Sequence record: MW250785
Direction: 5' to 3' (one strand)
DNA length: 64,000 bases
DNA from: Escherichia phage UPEC03
Position numbers and translations under genes: made by a program. Of this stretch, positions 19,398-29,595 are shown one piece after another. Each line of letters starts with the position of its first letter. Positions within the stretch are counted from its first letter, which is position 1. The notes beneath the pieces are model-generated. The model worked only from the letters and a program-made list of their open reading frames with translations. It ran no database searches and was not told where the DNA came from.

Positions 19398-20194
19398 TAT
19401 AATACCTTTACTCGCTGAACGATTGTTTGTTTAACTTCTTTGTATTCGTTGTGAAGTTTAGGTGTCGCTTTGAAGCGAATCACATCACCCTCTTCAACAA
19501 TTTTGTTTCCGTAGTAGATAACCACGTTACCATCTACGTTGATTTTGGTCATGAAACGTTCCACTTCGGTGTAATAAGAAACTTGGGTATATCCGAGAGA
19601 AATCACTTTCTCAACAACCCCGCTCATTTCCATACGCTTACCGATTTCCCCGATGTGCTGTGCTGCTGCGATCTTCGCCTGGCGCTCTGCTTCCCATTCT
19701 GCGCGGATCTCTTCACGTTTAGCGATGTAATCCTTCTCCAGCGCTACGCCCATGCAGTAAGAGCAAATAGCCTGAAATACTGGGCTATCGTTGCCGTTTT
19801 CTTTGCACTGATCAGCCCACCACAGAATCGTATACATCGGCATATCAGCAATCACTTCACCTTTACGCTTACCGATTGGCATGATGCCCTGTTCCAGCAG
19901 TTCCAGGTTTTCGGTATCCTGTACAGACAGTTTGCCGCGACGTTCAAACAGATCGAAATCTGCGAATCCCTGGAACACCATCTGGAAAGTGTCGGTCTGG
20001 TTCAGACGATCCACCATGCGATCGAAGTATTCACGCGCTTTCGCTTCTGCTTTATCTGGGTCGGTAGACAGGTTGCAGATATAGTTATCAGAAGTGAATC
20101 CACCTCCACGACGCTCTACACGCAGGGTGTACATAGCGTTTTTAGCGCCAGAAGAAATGAAGTATGTCGCGGTAACTTTAGTCAGGTTAGTCAT
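19397..20194 (-). CDS. hypothetical protein (265 aa)
   Basis: Start set at MTNLTKV preceded by AAGGAGA RBS; followed by terminator at about 20237-20268. Confidence 0.6.
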   Translation of the reverse strand: MTNLTKVTATYFISSGAKNAMYTLRVERRGGGFTSDNYICNLSTDPDKAEAKAREYFDRMVDRLNQTDTFQMVFQGFADFDLFERRGKLSVQDTENLELLEQGIMPIGKRKGEVIADMPMYTILWWADQCKENGNDSPVFQAICSYCMGVALEKDYIAKREEIRAEWEAERQAKIAAAQHIGEIGKRMEMSGVVEKVISLGYTQVSYYTEVERFMTKINVDGNVVIYYGNKIVEEGDVIRFKATPKLHNEYKEVKQTIVQRVKVL

Positions 20195-20236
20195 GGTGAA
20201 TCTCCTTAGTGGTTTCGTTTCGACAAGGCCAATATA

Positions 20237-20268
20237 GCAAAAGCCCTCAACCGAAGTCAAGGGCTTTT
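20237..20268 (-). terminator. rho-independent terminator
   Basis: aaagccctcaaccgaagtcaagggcttttt hairpin. Confidence 0.55.
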
Positions 20269-20270
20269 TA

Positions 20271-20498
20271 TCATGCGTTCGAATCTTTCATAACTTTATG
20301 AAGATGGATATCAAAAATTTTCCAGTATGCTTTTCCGCGAGGATAAATTTTTGCTTTATCAATGTCTTCGTTGCTTCCCCATGTATTGTTTGGGTTACGA
20401 CAACGATTTTTTGCATAATCCATGTGCCAGAATAAGCGCTGCACCGATGAATCTGTGCCTAATGGATCTTCTTTGCTGAACAGAATTTGTGAACTCAT
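20271..20498 (-). CDS. hypothetical protein (75 aa)
   Basis: ORF in minus-strand early block. Confidence 0.45.
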   Translation of the reverse strand: MSSQILFSKEDPLGTDSSVQRLFWHMDYAKNRCRNPNNTWGSNEDIDKAKIYPRGKAYWKIFDIHLHKVMKDSNA

Positions 20499-20824
20499 AA
20501 GAAGAAACCTGTTCGAACTACTAAATCGATCTGTTTTTCCGGTATCAGTGGCGCTTTATCGTCAACGTTGCACTGATAATACATCCCGACATACTCATGA
20601 GGAACGTTGGATTCGCTCGCCCATTTCAGGTTGTCATCTGTACGCGGCCCTAACATGAGGTTAACGATATTGACAGCGTGATCCTGTTCTGGGGTATTGT
20701 TGCATCCGTTCACATAATGTCCGTGAGCGGTTTTGAGGATTTCAATGATATCTTCGTCGGCTTCAACGAGATACAGCCCCGTGTTTTCTGGGATTTCCTC
20801 AAGAATAATCAAAGCGGTTTTCAT
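20495..20824 (-). CDS. hypothetical protein (109 aa)
   Basis: Start set at MKTALIIL with RBS aaaggtaag. Confidence 0.45.
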   Translation of the reverse strand: MKTALIILEEIPENTGLYLVEADEDIIEILKTAHGHYVNGCNNTPEQDHAVNIVNLMLGPRTDDNLKWASESNVPHEYVGMYYQCNVDDKAPLIPEKQIDLVVRTGFFL

Positions 20825-20929
20825 CACACTTACCTTTATGTTTCTGCTTACGTTTTGCTTCTTTAAGTGCTCGCTTGCGATCGCGGTGAGTAGAAGCGCG
20901 GTTGAAATCATGTTTCGCTACCAGGTTGT

Positions 20930-21160
20930 TCATCGAGGATATAATGGCACATGATGTTGAATACTGACTTCGCCATACAGTTTTACGATAGTTAAGCTAT
21001 CAGATCCTTTAACAATTCTGTATTTTTCTGGAACAACGCGGTCGATTTCTTTTTTGACAAAGTTAAGCAATCCGAAGTCATCTATATCTTTTGGTGCTTT
21101 GGAAATAGAAGACAACGATACTCGTTGACGTGAATCATAGTACGAAGAAATTACAAACAT
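20930..21160 (-). CDS. hypothetical protein (76 aa)
   Basis: ORF in minus-strand early block. Confidence 0.4.
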   Translation of the reverse strand: MFVISSYYDSRQRVSLSSISKAPKDIDDFGLLNFVKKEIDRVVPEKYRIVKGSDSLTIVKLYGEVSIQHHVPLYPR

Positions 21161-21204
21161 ATATTATTTTCCTTATTGGGGCTTTTCAGCCCCATTTTAG
21201 ATAA

Positions 21205-21459
21205 TTAATCCAGCAGTTTGCGGATTTTATCCGCGATACGTCCGGCGCGTGTTGCGCTTGCGGTATGATCGCTTTCTTTGGTAGCCAGTTCAGCCAGCTT
21301 ACGCTGATGTTCTTCTTCCGCTGCTTTGCGGTCTGCTGCTACCTGTGCGACCTGTTCGTTATCGTGAGCAATACGCGCTTCGAGTTCGGTCAGGGTTTTG
21401 TCAAAAGTTGCTACGATTTCGTCTACAGAACGGATTTTGGAAAACAGTTTCATATTCAT
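21205..21459 (-). CDS. hypothetical coiled-coil protein (84 aa)
   Basis: Charged heptad-like sequence. Confidence 0.45.
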   Translation of the reverse strand: MNMKLFSKIRSVDEIVATFDKTLTELEARIAHDNEQVAQVAADRKAAEEEHQRKLAELATKESDHTASATRAGRIADKIRKLLD

Positions 21460-21467
21460 TATCTCAA

Positions 21468-21905
21468 TTAGTATGGTTGGAATTCAAAGTCAAACAGATC
21501 ATTTAGTGCGCGGTTGTATTCAGTATAGTTCTCACCATCCCCGAACCGCATCTGAATCGCGCTTTCCGCTATTGTACCAGTAAGATTCGAGAAACCAAAG
21601 AGGTTTTTAATCTTATCGTGTGCAACGAAGTACAGAGAAGCACTATCCAGCAAGGCCACCATCGCTGATGGTTCATGTTCGCGGCGTTTGATGCGTAACA
21701 GAGTACGGTTTGCGCCAGTCTTACGGCGTTGATTTGGGGCTACGTAGAATCGAAATACTACTTTACCCGTTTTATCATCAACTACCAGGTAGAAGCCGTG
21801 TTCTTTCAGGTCAACCCCTTCGAACTTGGTGAAGTCACCGCGCTTCATGTCACCTATCTTAACAGCGTATTTGTGGATGTCAAGCCTTGTCAGAATTCTT
21901 TTCAT
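21468..21905 (-). CDS. ndd: nucleoid disruption protein
   Basis: 145 aa; GFYLVVDDKTGKVVFRFYVAPNQRRK...DLFDFEFQPY parallels recalled T4 Ndd (GFYFLVSEFDG...RFYVGNQRSK...FKFVLQAY). Confidence 0.75.
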   Translation of the reverse strand: MKRILTRLDIHKYAVKIGDMKRGDFTKFEGVDLKEHGFYLVVDDKTGKVVFRFYVAPNQRRKTGANRTLLRIKRREHEPSAMVALLDSASLYFVAHDKIKNLFGFSNLTGTIAESAIQMRFGDGENYTEYNRALNDLFDFEFQPY

Positions 21906-22293
21906 TTTTCTTTACCAGTTTATTTCCGAATTTTGTGTTTACACCAGTTTTCATATTCATAGTCAGTGCCAGTAAGAAGATAGGGCATGACAAAATCAAG
22001 ATCGTTGATCCGAACAGCAAACGAACTAAGCGAATCAATAACGTCCCGATCCATTTCATCGGTATCTCTACCCACTTCTGAACCGTTGCGAGTACCAGCA
22101 TAACATAACCCAGATTAAATGCAAGGGCTGTTGCGATAATACCGTAAGGTTTTTTGAAGTATGTCTGTTCGCCGTCTTCTGTACGTCCAGCGGTAACGTT
22201 GCCTCCGTTCCAGAGTTCTTTGGCGGTTTTAATGGCTGTTTCTGCCCCGCTCAAGTTCTGCCAGTAGTCAGGAATGCTCTGTAGGAATTTCAT
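21880..22293 (-). CDS. hypothetical membrane protein (137 aa)
   Basis: Two long hydrophobic segments. Confidence 0.5.
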   Translation of the reverse strand: MKFLQSIPDYWQNLSGAETAIKTAKELWNGGNVTAGRTEDGEQTYFKKPYGIIATALAFNLGYVMLVLATVQKWVEIPMKWIGTLLIRLVRLLFGSTILILSCPIFLLALTMNMKTGVNTKFGNKLVKKNEKNSDKA

Positions 22294-22338
22294 AATCGAA
22301 TCCTCCGCGCCTGAATCGCTCCAGGCGCTGTTTTGGGG

Positions 22339-23247
22339 TTAGTAGTGACTGAATCCCACAGTTACATCACGCATCACCTGATAACGGCATACACGCATCT
22401 TAGCGTTGTCGTAATCTGTCGGGATTGCTACAACATCGCGAGGATTAACCTTGACCTGAATAACTTTCCCGCGTCCTCCGCCATAGTGAGGCAGATACGA
22501 TTTTGCGGCAACATGCAAACCGCATGAACAGGTTCGGTTTTTATTCTCGTCTACCTGGTTACGTGGCATTTCAACCACAACACCAGGGGAGTTATCGAAC
22601 TTACCGGAAGCCAGATCGCGGAAGTCTTCGCGAACACGTTTCCATGCGTAGAAATCTCCGTCATCTGCCAGTTCGATATCGTTATGCACCATGAACCCAT
22701 AAAGCTGATACACAGCATCGCGTGAAGGGTTTTCCATCAACTTCTCAAAGAAGTTAACCAGGTGCTCGTAAGGGCGATCGTTGTACATTTCGCGAACGAT
22801 ACGTTGCGTGATACCGCTGTCAAACACAATATCTTTGTACAGGACTTTATGCCCGATGATTTTAATGTTGCCTTTGCTGTAAATCTTCAACGCTTGCGTT
22901 GTGTCCAACAGGGTAGCAACTCCCTCAATGTCACCCTTAACCATTAAAGCATGTGCTTTTTCGAAGTTAGGGTGTGACGAATCCGCTGTGATGATCTTGC
23001 CGTCCAGTACCAGAGTAATGAACGATTCAGAACCAATCATTTTAGATTTGACATCTGTTTGTGGAAGTGGTTTCGTCGCTTCCACATTATACTTAGCGTG
23101 TTGCTCGGTAATAACGCGCCCGATGGTTCGGACGCTTACACCAAATTGTTTAGCCAGTGCGGTTTTGTTTGCGCTGGTCAGAAAGCCCTCATAAACTGCT
23201 TTCTTTTGTACATCATCAAGGATCTTAACGTTTCTCATTATTTCCAC
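22339..23247 (-). CDS. rIIB: rIIB protein
   Basis: 302 aa; C-terminal region (FYAWKRVR, TCSCGLHVAAKSY, VKVNPRDVVAIPTDYDNAKMRVCRYQV) matches recalled T4 rIIB. Confidence 0.85.
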   Translation of the reverse strand: MEIMRNVKILDDVQKKAVYEGFLTSANKTALAKQFGVSVRTIGRVITEQHAKYNVEATKPLPQTDVKSKMIGSESFITLVLDGKIITADSSHPNFEKAHALMVKGDIEGVATLLDTTQALKIYSKGNIKIIGHKVLYKDIVFDSGITQRIVREMYNDRPYEHLVNFFEKLMENPSRDAVYQLYGFMVHNDIELADDGDFYAWKRVREDFRDLASGKFDNSPGVVVEMPRNQVDENKNRTCSCGLHVAAKSYLPHYGGGRGKVIQVKVNPRDVVAIPTDYDNAKMRVCRYQVMRDVTVGFSHY

Positions 23248-25487
23248 CGTATAAGGTTGACCAAATCCATCACAATTTTATCATCATTAAACATACTGCG
23301 GAATGTAGAATAAGATGAATGCAACAACATGTAATGAATTGATGGGTTGCGTTCTGCAAATAAATCGTAAGCAGTATCAACGCGTTCTTTCATATCTTTC
23401 CGCATTTTGTAATACTTCGTTGACATTTCACGAAGTAACGGGTTGCGCACCACAGTTTTTGATTTGTTTTTGCCCTCGATAACATCATAGGTAAACTTAC
23501 CATCAAGATAATCGAGCAACAGATATAATTCTGGATTATATCGGTTTTTAACCATGCGATCAAGGGTTACGCCCATAGAATCGCGCAGGGTTCGGATCTC
23601 GCTTCCGTGGTTTGATGAAATCCATGCAGGGAACCAGTTAGGTTTTATCTTCTTCGCTGCGTCCGCAAAACGTTTTACCAGATAATCATCAAGGCATTTC
23701 ATGTTGCTATCTGGAATGCGACTCCACAGAGAGTTTCGCAGAACCATCACTTCGTTCAGCCCTGTAACCGTTAACATGGTCATCATACTGCTGGCGATGC
23801 TACCCAACGAATAGTTCTGTGCTTCTCCGTCCAGTCGGCTATATTCATCAACCCCATAAAGGCGCATAGCGTACATTTCATCCAGTTTCACAAACTGTGC
23901 TTTAGTCAGGTACAGATCGTTTTTCTGTAAGTTGCCCTGATCATCCAGGAAGTAATGATATGCTGTAGGCGTTTTTGGACGCGGTTCTGAATCACCAGAA
24001 GATGATTCACGCGTTGCTTTCCAGCGCTTGCGATCTTCGGTATACGTTTCGAATTCTTTGGTCATTTCACTGGTTTTCAGTGTAACGATCTCAGATTCAT
24101 CGAAATACCCAGTTCTGATCAAGTCCTGAACAGGTTCACTATTAATCTCTTTGGTTACGAAACTGATACGATCCGAACCATTCAACATGCAGTAACCGAT
24201 CAGATATGGGCGGAGTGAACGCGCTTCATTATCGTTTTCAACAATGAACAGTTTCTTCTGTCGCCACGGTTGAATCATGCGCATAACGTCCTGGCGTTTG
24301 GTAGTTTCCGCTTTGTATGTCTCGTGACGGCGACCAGAACCCATACGTTCAAATACGCAATCTTTCCCGTCATATGGGTTAGCCCAGAAACCACAGATAT
24401 ATTTTCCGGTTGCAGTTTCACTACTTTTAAGATGCGTCAGAATTTCAGCCAACGATTCTTTACCCACACGGAAACGATTATCACGGGTTACGAACCCCTG
24501 CAACAAACCAGGCAGATTATTAAACCATACGAGTTTATCGCGGGTTGTCTTCTGCTTTTTATACTGTTCCATCAACTCTTCATCAAAGCGTTTGTTGATT
24601 TTGTCCAGTCGATCCGTAATCACTTTCTTCGTGACTTTATCAAGGCTCAACTCTTCACGCGACGGCATGAAGTCCAGCGATCCCAGAGGGAAATCCAGAA
24701 TATATGCGTAATTGCTGTTACGGTAGCAGTAGAACAGCGAGTTTTCGAACATATCCAGATCGATTGGATAACAAATGTTACCCATACGCGCGTATACGCC
24801 GGAATAGTTTTTAGACTGATAACGGATGATCCCGCGATCGTCTGCTTCTTTTGGTTGCCAGTTAACATCAACCTGAACACCGATAAAGCGCGGACGGATA
24901 CCCGTAAACGGTTCGTAAACACGCGCCGCTTCTCTTTCCCATTCTTCGATATCTTCGACTTTAACCGGAACGGTGATTTGAACGCCGTTAGGTTCGTCTG
25001 TTTCGGTTTCGTAGATTTGGTCAACGAAAGGTTCACCATTATCCATATAAGCCGTGTACGCACGTTTAACGCCGTCCTGGATGGATTCGATAGTGAATGT
25101 TTCGGTGTAGCAGAACGGGGATTTACTACCCAGTCCCAGCGCCCCGATCAGTTCGTCGGTGTCGGTTTTGGTGGATTCGAAATAGGTTGCAAACACCTCT
25201 TTAACCATCCAGTCACTTAACCCTGTGCCGTAATCACGGACGATGAAACGCGGATCGAGAACAGTTGGTAACTGAACATCGAACGGGTTCATGTTACCCG
25301 CTACCATATGACCATCAATGGCGTTACTGGAGATTTCGCGAATGATTGCGCGGATCTTGTATTTGTAAATGGTTGATGACATGATTTTGTATGTTTTCGC
25401 ACTGGTAGCCATTTTAAACTTCGTGCGTTCGCCTTTATCGAAGCCCGTAGTGTGAATGGTTTGTGGTGCTAACTGACGCAATTTCAT
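23238..25487 (-). CDS. rIIA: rIIA protein
   Basis: 749 aa; TGFDKGERTKFKMATSAKTYKI, KIRAIIREIS, LGLGSKSPFCYTETFTI, AYTAYMD match recalled T4 rIIA. Confidence 0.9.
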   Translation of the reverse strand: MKLRQLAPQTIHTTGFDKGERTKFKMATSAKTYKIMSSTIYKYKIRAIIREISSNAIDGHMVAGNMNPFDVQLPTVLDPRFIVRDYGTGLSDWMVKEVFATYFESTKTDTDELIGALGLGSKSPFCYTETFTIESIQDGVKRAYTAYMDNGEPFVDQIYETETDEPNGVQITVPVKVEDIEEWEREAARVYEPFTGIRPRFIGVQVDVNWQPKEADDRGIIRYQSKNYSGVYARMGNICYPIDLDMFENSLFYCYRNSNYAYILDFPLGSLDFMPSREELSLDKVTKKVITDRLDKINKRFDEELMEQYKKQKTTRDKLVWFNNLPGLLQGFVTRDNRFRVGKESLAEILTHLKSSETATGKYICGFWANPYDGKDCVFERMGSGRRHETYKAETTKRQDVMRMIQPWRQKKLFIVENDNEARSLRPYLIGYCMLNGSDRISFVTKEINSEPVQDLIRTGYFDESEIVTLKTSEMTKEFETYTEDRKRWKATRESSSGDSEPRPKTPTAYHYFLDDQGNLQKNDLYLTKAQFVKLDEMYAMRLYGVDEYSRLDGEAQNYSLGSIASSMMTMLTVTGLNEVMVLRNSLWSRIPDSNMKCLDDYLVKRFADAAKKIKPNWFPAWISSNHGSEIRTLRDSMGVTLDRMVKNRYNPELYLLLDYLDGKFTYDVIEGKNKSKTVVRNPLLREMSTKYYKMRKDMKERVDTAYDLFAERNPSIHYMLLHSSYSTFRSMFNDDKIVMDLVNLIRWK

Positions 25488-25497
25488 TGTTTATATC

Positions 25498-25734
25498 TCA
25501 CTTGGTGTTGAAGATGATGTTATCACATGAATATTTCATAGGCTTTTGATCAAGCCCATACTCAACAGGTGTACACATCCGGTCAAGGTATTCGTAAACC
25601 TGTTGCTTCTGACGTTCGCGGTCTTTCATATCCATGATACCGACCACGATAGCAGTTACAAAACATATTGCAATAGTACACAGCACAGCTATTGTAATAT
25701 ATTTTCCCGTTTTTGGTGCATCATATGGTTTCAT
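25498..25734 (-). CDS. small membrane protein (78 aa)
   Basis: Single transmembrane segment ITIAVLCTIAICFVTAIVVGI. Confidence 0.45.
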   Translation of the reverse strand: MKPYDAPKTGKYITIAVLCTIAICFVTAIVVGIMDMKDRERQKQQVYEYLDRMCTPVEYGLDQKPMKYSCDNIIFNTK

Positions 25735-26267
25735 TGAATCGCCTCTGCATATTGTTCTGGTGTCAATTTACGCGCTACTAAGCGCCCTTTGGTTGCTCGT
25801 TTGTTTCTTGAAATGTAGATGTTTGCAATGTTGCGTTTACCTTCCTGGATCTCATTGTACATCTTTTCGGTCATATTGCACTGATAAACTTCACCGTTCG
25901 GAGTTTTCAGGAAAAACGCGTATATGTCTTTTTCGCTTTCCTGAATTACTGATTTCTCACGGATACGGCTTTTGCATGGTGTAGGCTGTGCGCCCAACTC
26001 GATAGCTTTACGCTGCCATACGATCCCGTGTCCAGCCCCTTCGGTCAGAGCATGTGCAATTTCGTGCATGAGAGTATCTAAAACGTTCTCGTAGATATCT
26101 TCCTTAACGTGAGAACGGCTCAATTCAATTGACTTGCGACTGTAATTGCATTGTCCCAGAGTACGCTTGAAACGTCCGTTGATTTTGAAAGACCAATGAG
26201 ATAAGCCATGCTTCGCCATGATGCTTTTGGCCCAGATGGTTATTTCCATATCGCTACGAGTTTTGAA
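25731..26267 (-). CDS. putative zinc metallopeptidase (HExxH, SprT-like)
   Basis: Start set at MFKTRSD with GGAGG RBS; LMHEIAHAL motif. Confidence 0.5.
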   Translation of the reverse strand, partial: FKTRSDMEITIWAKSIMAKHGLSHWSFKINGRFKRTLGQCNYSRKSIELSRSHVKEDIYENVLDTLMHEIAHALTEGAGHGIVWQRKAIELGAQPTPCKSRIREKSVIQESEKDIYAFFLKTPNGEVYQCNMTEKMYNEIQEGKRNIANIYISRNKRATKGRLVARKLTPEQYAEAIQ

Positions 26268-26308
26268 CATTTTATATCCTCCCCAATCAGTGAGGACACT
26301 ATAACAAA

Positions 26309-26341
26309 AAAGCCTCCCGCAATGCAAGAGGCTTTTTGTAA
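26309..26341 (-). terminator. rho-independent terminator
   Basis: agcctcccgcaatgcaagaggct hairpin followed by a T-run on the minus strand, just after the gp52 stop. Confidence 0.6.
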
Positions 26342-26342
26342 A

Positions 26343-27632
26343 TTATTTCAATTTCTTCGAAAGTTCTTTCAAATCATTGAGATATTCAGTTTTCGGGGTC
26401 GTTTCTTCCCAGTATTTCAGTTGCTTACGCAGTTCGTTCGCTTCGTCTTCCAGCTTTTGACGTTCATCCGTGGTTAGATGATAGATGTTCATTGCAACCA
26501 GAATTTCGGCGTGGTTCTCGCAACCCGTCCACGTAGAGACAAGTTTAACCGCTTCGCTGCGACTAAGCCCCTTCAATGCGTCAGGCTGTGCGATCATCTG
26601 GTCGATGAAGTCAACCTTCGCCAGCGCTTTATCTAACGCTTCCTTAGTCTCCTGGATGCGTTTATCAATACGCTGTTGGTAAACACCAATACGGATATCA
26701 ACGAAGTCTTTCAGCAACGTTTCAGGACGCTCGTATGAATGCAGTTTCCCGTTAAAGATAACGTTGATGTTCGGGTTTGAGTTCTCAATCAATCCGAAAT
26801 CTTTCAGGATCTTCTCACGGGTAAGCCCGTTTGCGTACTCACGTTTAAGGGTGATTTCGTAGCGGAAATCTTCTTTCGATAGATCCTTATAGCTTACGAT
26901 ATACCCTTTTTCTTCCAGCTTATCCAGAATAGAGATATATTTCACGCGATCATACTTGACCGGAATCTCTGTGATCACCAGTTTGGTTTTACCCTGGAGT
27001 TCGTACTTGCCGTACATCGTACCGTTTTCGATGTCGCCTTTGAAATGCGGGTATTTCAGATCCAGCGTGAAATCTTTCCCGTTCAGGTAACTAACACATC
27101 CATTCAGAACCGAAACCGGATCGTGTGGTGGAATGTTGGTAGCGTATGCTTTCGCAATCCCGCTGAACCCGTTCACCAATACCATCGGAATGATTGGCAG
27201 GTAATAGGCTGGCGGTACGTGTTCAGGATCTTCATGCGGAATTGTTAAATCCTCGTCCATGTAGATAGCCTTGAACAGCGGAGACAGTTTACATTTAATG
27301 TAACGCGGTGCGCCCGGCTTCTTAACCAAACGGGAACCAAAGAACCCATCACGATCGAAAAGCGGGATGTTATTGCACCAATGCGCCGCCATAAGAGACA
27401 ATGCCTCTTCAACGGATGTTTCCCCGTGGTGATAACCATACATAGCAACACCGCCAGCGATAGAGGCTACTTTCTGGAAGCCTGTACCGCCTTTCGCTGC
27501 GGAATGCACGAAGAAACGGTGAACGGGTTTGAACCCGTCTACCAGGTGCGGGATCGCACGAGAATAAATTGTGTAGAGGGCAAACGTAAGCCCTTCTACC
27601 TGCACAACATCTTTAATACTTCTTTCCATCAT
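26343..27632 (-). CDS. 52: DNA topoisomerase II medium subunit (GyrA-like)
   Basis: 429 aa; DGFKPVHRF, SIAGGVAMYGYHHGE, PPAYYLPIIPMVLVNGFSGIA match recalled T4 gp52. Confidence 0.9.
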   Translation of the reverse strand: MMERSIKDVVQVEGLTFALYTIYSRAIPHLVDGFKPVHRFFVHSAAKGGTGFQKVASIAGGVAMYGYHHGETSVEEALSLMAAHWCNNIPLFDRDGFFGSRLVKKPGAPRYIKCKLSPLFKAIYMDEDLTIPHEDPEHVPPAYYLPIIPMVLVNGFSGIAKAYATNIPPHDPVSVLNGCVSYLNGKDFTLDLKYPHFKGDIENGTMYGKYELQGKTKLVITEIPVKYDRVKYISILDKLEEKGYIVSYKDLSKEDFRYEITLKREYANGLTREKILKDFGLIENSNPNINVIFNGKLHSYERPETLLKDFVDIRIGVYQQRIDKRIQETKEALDKALAKVDFIDQMIAQPDALKGLSRSEAVKLVSTWTGCENHAEILVAMNIYHLTTDERQKLEDEANELRKQLKYWEETTPKTEYLNDLKELSKKLK

Positions 27633-29530
27633 TTCACCGAAAATTTATGTTTTCCGTTCACCCAGTCTTTACGCGGATCGGATTCATCACCGAAACACAG
27701 TTCCAGAACGTCTTTGTGTTCGTCACCCAGTACGATTGTATCGTATTTTAACTGGTCGCCCAACACCCGATCGTAATCTTCTTTACGTAAAGAACCCAGC
27801 CCTTTGATATATCGTACCTCTTTCGCCTTATCGCGGAACGGTGCGAAATCTTCAAGGGAGTAGAACCATTTTTCATCTTTACCGACTTTCGCAATGATAA
27901 TCGGTGTGCGGATATAACGGATCTTTTTCTTCTCGAACAACTCAGGCCAGCGGCTAAAGAACGCAATCAGTAGGGTGAGAATATCGCCCCCGTCAACGTC
28001 CGCATCGACCATGATCCCGATGTTGTCGTAAGTCATTTCGGAAGAGTCGCCTGGATGGAGATTCAGGATCGCCATGAGTTCAGACAATTCTTTGTTTTTG
28101 AGCACTTCTAAGTTACTCATTCCCCAGGTGTTCAACGGTTTGCCACGTAGCGGAAATGCGCCTTGTGTCTCTTCGTTTCTGCACTCGATAAACTGCCCCA
28201 CAGCGGAATCACCCTCGGTCAGAAACAAAGTGGTTTCTACCCCGTCAGTGTCGATCCCTGATGCCGGAACATGTTTTGCAACCTTCGCCTTTTTCGCTTT
28301 CTTCTTCGCTTTGGTAATGGCTGCGGCTTCTGCTGCCTGTTTGCGAATCAGAGCGGACTCAATGATCGGAGTGATTATTTCAGAAGTATCCATAATCTGT
28401 TTCGCGATCTTTTTGTAGTTCAGTCCGGCGTGGTTGTTGAACTCCCCAGCGGTGTTAGTCAGTTTTTCTTTCGTCTGACTATCAAAAGCTGGTGCATTGA
28501 AGTTATGCAAAAACACAACCAAAGTCAAGCATTCTTTTACACGGGCTTTCGGGATCTCGATAGCGTGTGTTTTCTTGATCATCGGTTCGAGTTCGGAATA
28601 GATACCGTCGATCATGGTGTCAACATGAACACCGCCGTTTTTCGTATCCAGACCGTTAACGAAGGATTTCTGTTTGAAACCGTCTTCTGTGCTCGCCAAG
28701 ATGAAACTGATTTTGTTGTTTGTCTGGGTAATCGTTTTATCGCCGTACATCGCGCCATACATCGCGAATTTGTTCGGGAGGATATCGCCGTTATATGTGA
28801 ATTTAACGGCAGGGAAAGCCACTGCAAGCGCCATAAGGCGATCTTTGATGACTTCCTTTGTCTCTTCGTCGATACCGTCCACACCGAAGATAGAGAAGTC
28901 AGGGGTAAACTTAACGGTTGTCCCTTGCTCCTTCGTCGGGCTGGTGCGGTAATCCATGTTCTGCGCCCCGTCCGTACAGTTGATCGTGACTTTGCGTTTA
29001 CCGTTGGATGTTTCGCCGATAAAGATCGCGCTGTAACAGTTTGTCAGGAAAGAACCTACACCGTTCATCCCCATTGTTACGCGGTTTTCGTCATCGAAGT
29101 TAGAACCGGATTTAGCCATTGTCCAGGCTGCAACAGGTTTAGGAACAATCTTCCCTTCCGGCGTTCTCACGTCATCTTGTGGAATACCGCGCCCGTTGTC
29201 CGAAATCGTTACCAGATTGTGATCAATCTTCACTTCGATTTTGTTCGCATATTTGAAATCAGTTCGGATCGCTTCGTCGATGGAGTTATCCAGGATTTCG
29301 TTGATGATTTTCACCAACCCTTCCACGTATTCCACTTTGCGGAATTGCCCCATGATAAAACGTTCATGGGCTTCTTTGTTCACTGAACCCACGTACATAT
29401 TCGGACGTTTGCGAATGTGATCGCGATCGCTCAAGCAGAATGATTCATCCACCTTAGCGCCCTTTGCTGGGGCTTCTGGTGCTTTCTGCGGCTCGTTATC
29501 GTCCATTAAGAAATCTAAACTCATATTCAC
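27629..29530 (-). CDS. 39: DNA topoisomerase II large subunit, single ORF covering the T4 gp39 plus gp60 regions
   Basis: 633 aa; GyrB-like ATPase motifs (ILDNSIDEA, GRGIPQD) in the N-terminal half; size exceeds T4 gp39 alone. Confidence 0.85.
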   Translation of the reverse strand: MNMSLDFLMDDNEPQKAPEAPAKGAKVDESFCLSDRDHIRKRPNMYVGSVNKEAHERFIMGQFRKVEYVEGLVKIINEILDNSIDEAIRTDFKYANKIEVKIDHNLVTISDNGRGIPQDDVRTPEGKIVPKPVAAWTMAKSGSNFDDENRVTMGMNGVGSFLTNCYSAIFIGETSNGKRKVTINCTDGAQNMDYRTSPTKEQGTTVKFTPDFSIFGVDGIDEETKEVIKDRLMALAVAFPAVKFTYNGDILPNKFAMYGAMYGDKTITQTNNKISFILASTEDGFKQKSFVNGLDTKNGGVHVDTMIDGIYSELEPMIKKTHAIEIPKARVKECLTLVVFLHNFNAPAFDSQTKEKLTNTAGEFNNHAGLNYKKIAKQIMDTSEIITPIIESALIRKQAAEAAAITKAKKKAKKAKVAKHVPASGIDTDGVETTLFLTEGDSAVGQFIECRNEETQGAFPLRGKPLNTWGMSNLEVLKNKELSELMAILNLHPGDSSEMTYDNIGIMVDADVDGGDILTLLIAFFSRWPELFEKKKIRYIRTPIIIAKVGKDEKWFYSLEDFAPFRDKAKEVRYIKGLGSLRKEDYDRVLGDQLKYDTIVLGDEHKDVLELCFGDESDPRKDWVNGKHKFSVK

Positions 29531-29574
29531 CTCGTTATTAGTTCTCAGGCATTATATAGGGTTCTATGAAAAAG

Positions 29575-29595
29575 AAAACCCCTTTCGGGGTTTTA
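29575..29595 (-). terminator. rho-independent terminator (hairpin with T-runs on both sides)
   Basis: aaaaccccttt cggggtttt. Confidence 0.6.

Noticed and set aside
19427-20209. 260-aa plus-strand ORF
   Set aside because: Antisense to the minus-strand gene at 19397-20194, which has a consensus RBS and terminator; the plus-strand translation is Phe/Cys-rich.
24270-25220. 316-aa plus-strand ORF
   Set aside because: Antisense to rIIA; low-complexity translation; no start context.
28271-29386. 371-aa plus-strand ORF
   Set aside because: Antisense to the well-supported gp39 topoisomerase gene; Phe/Cys/Arg-rich translation with no RBS; mirror-frame artefact.
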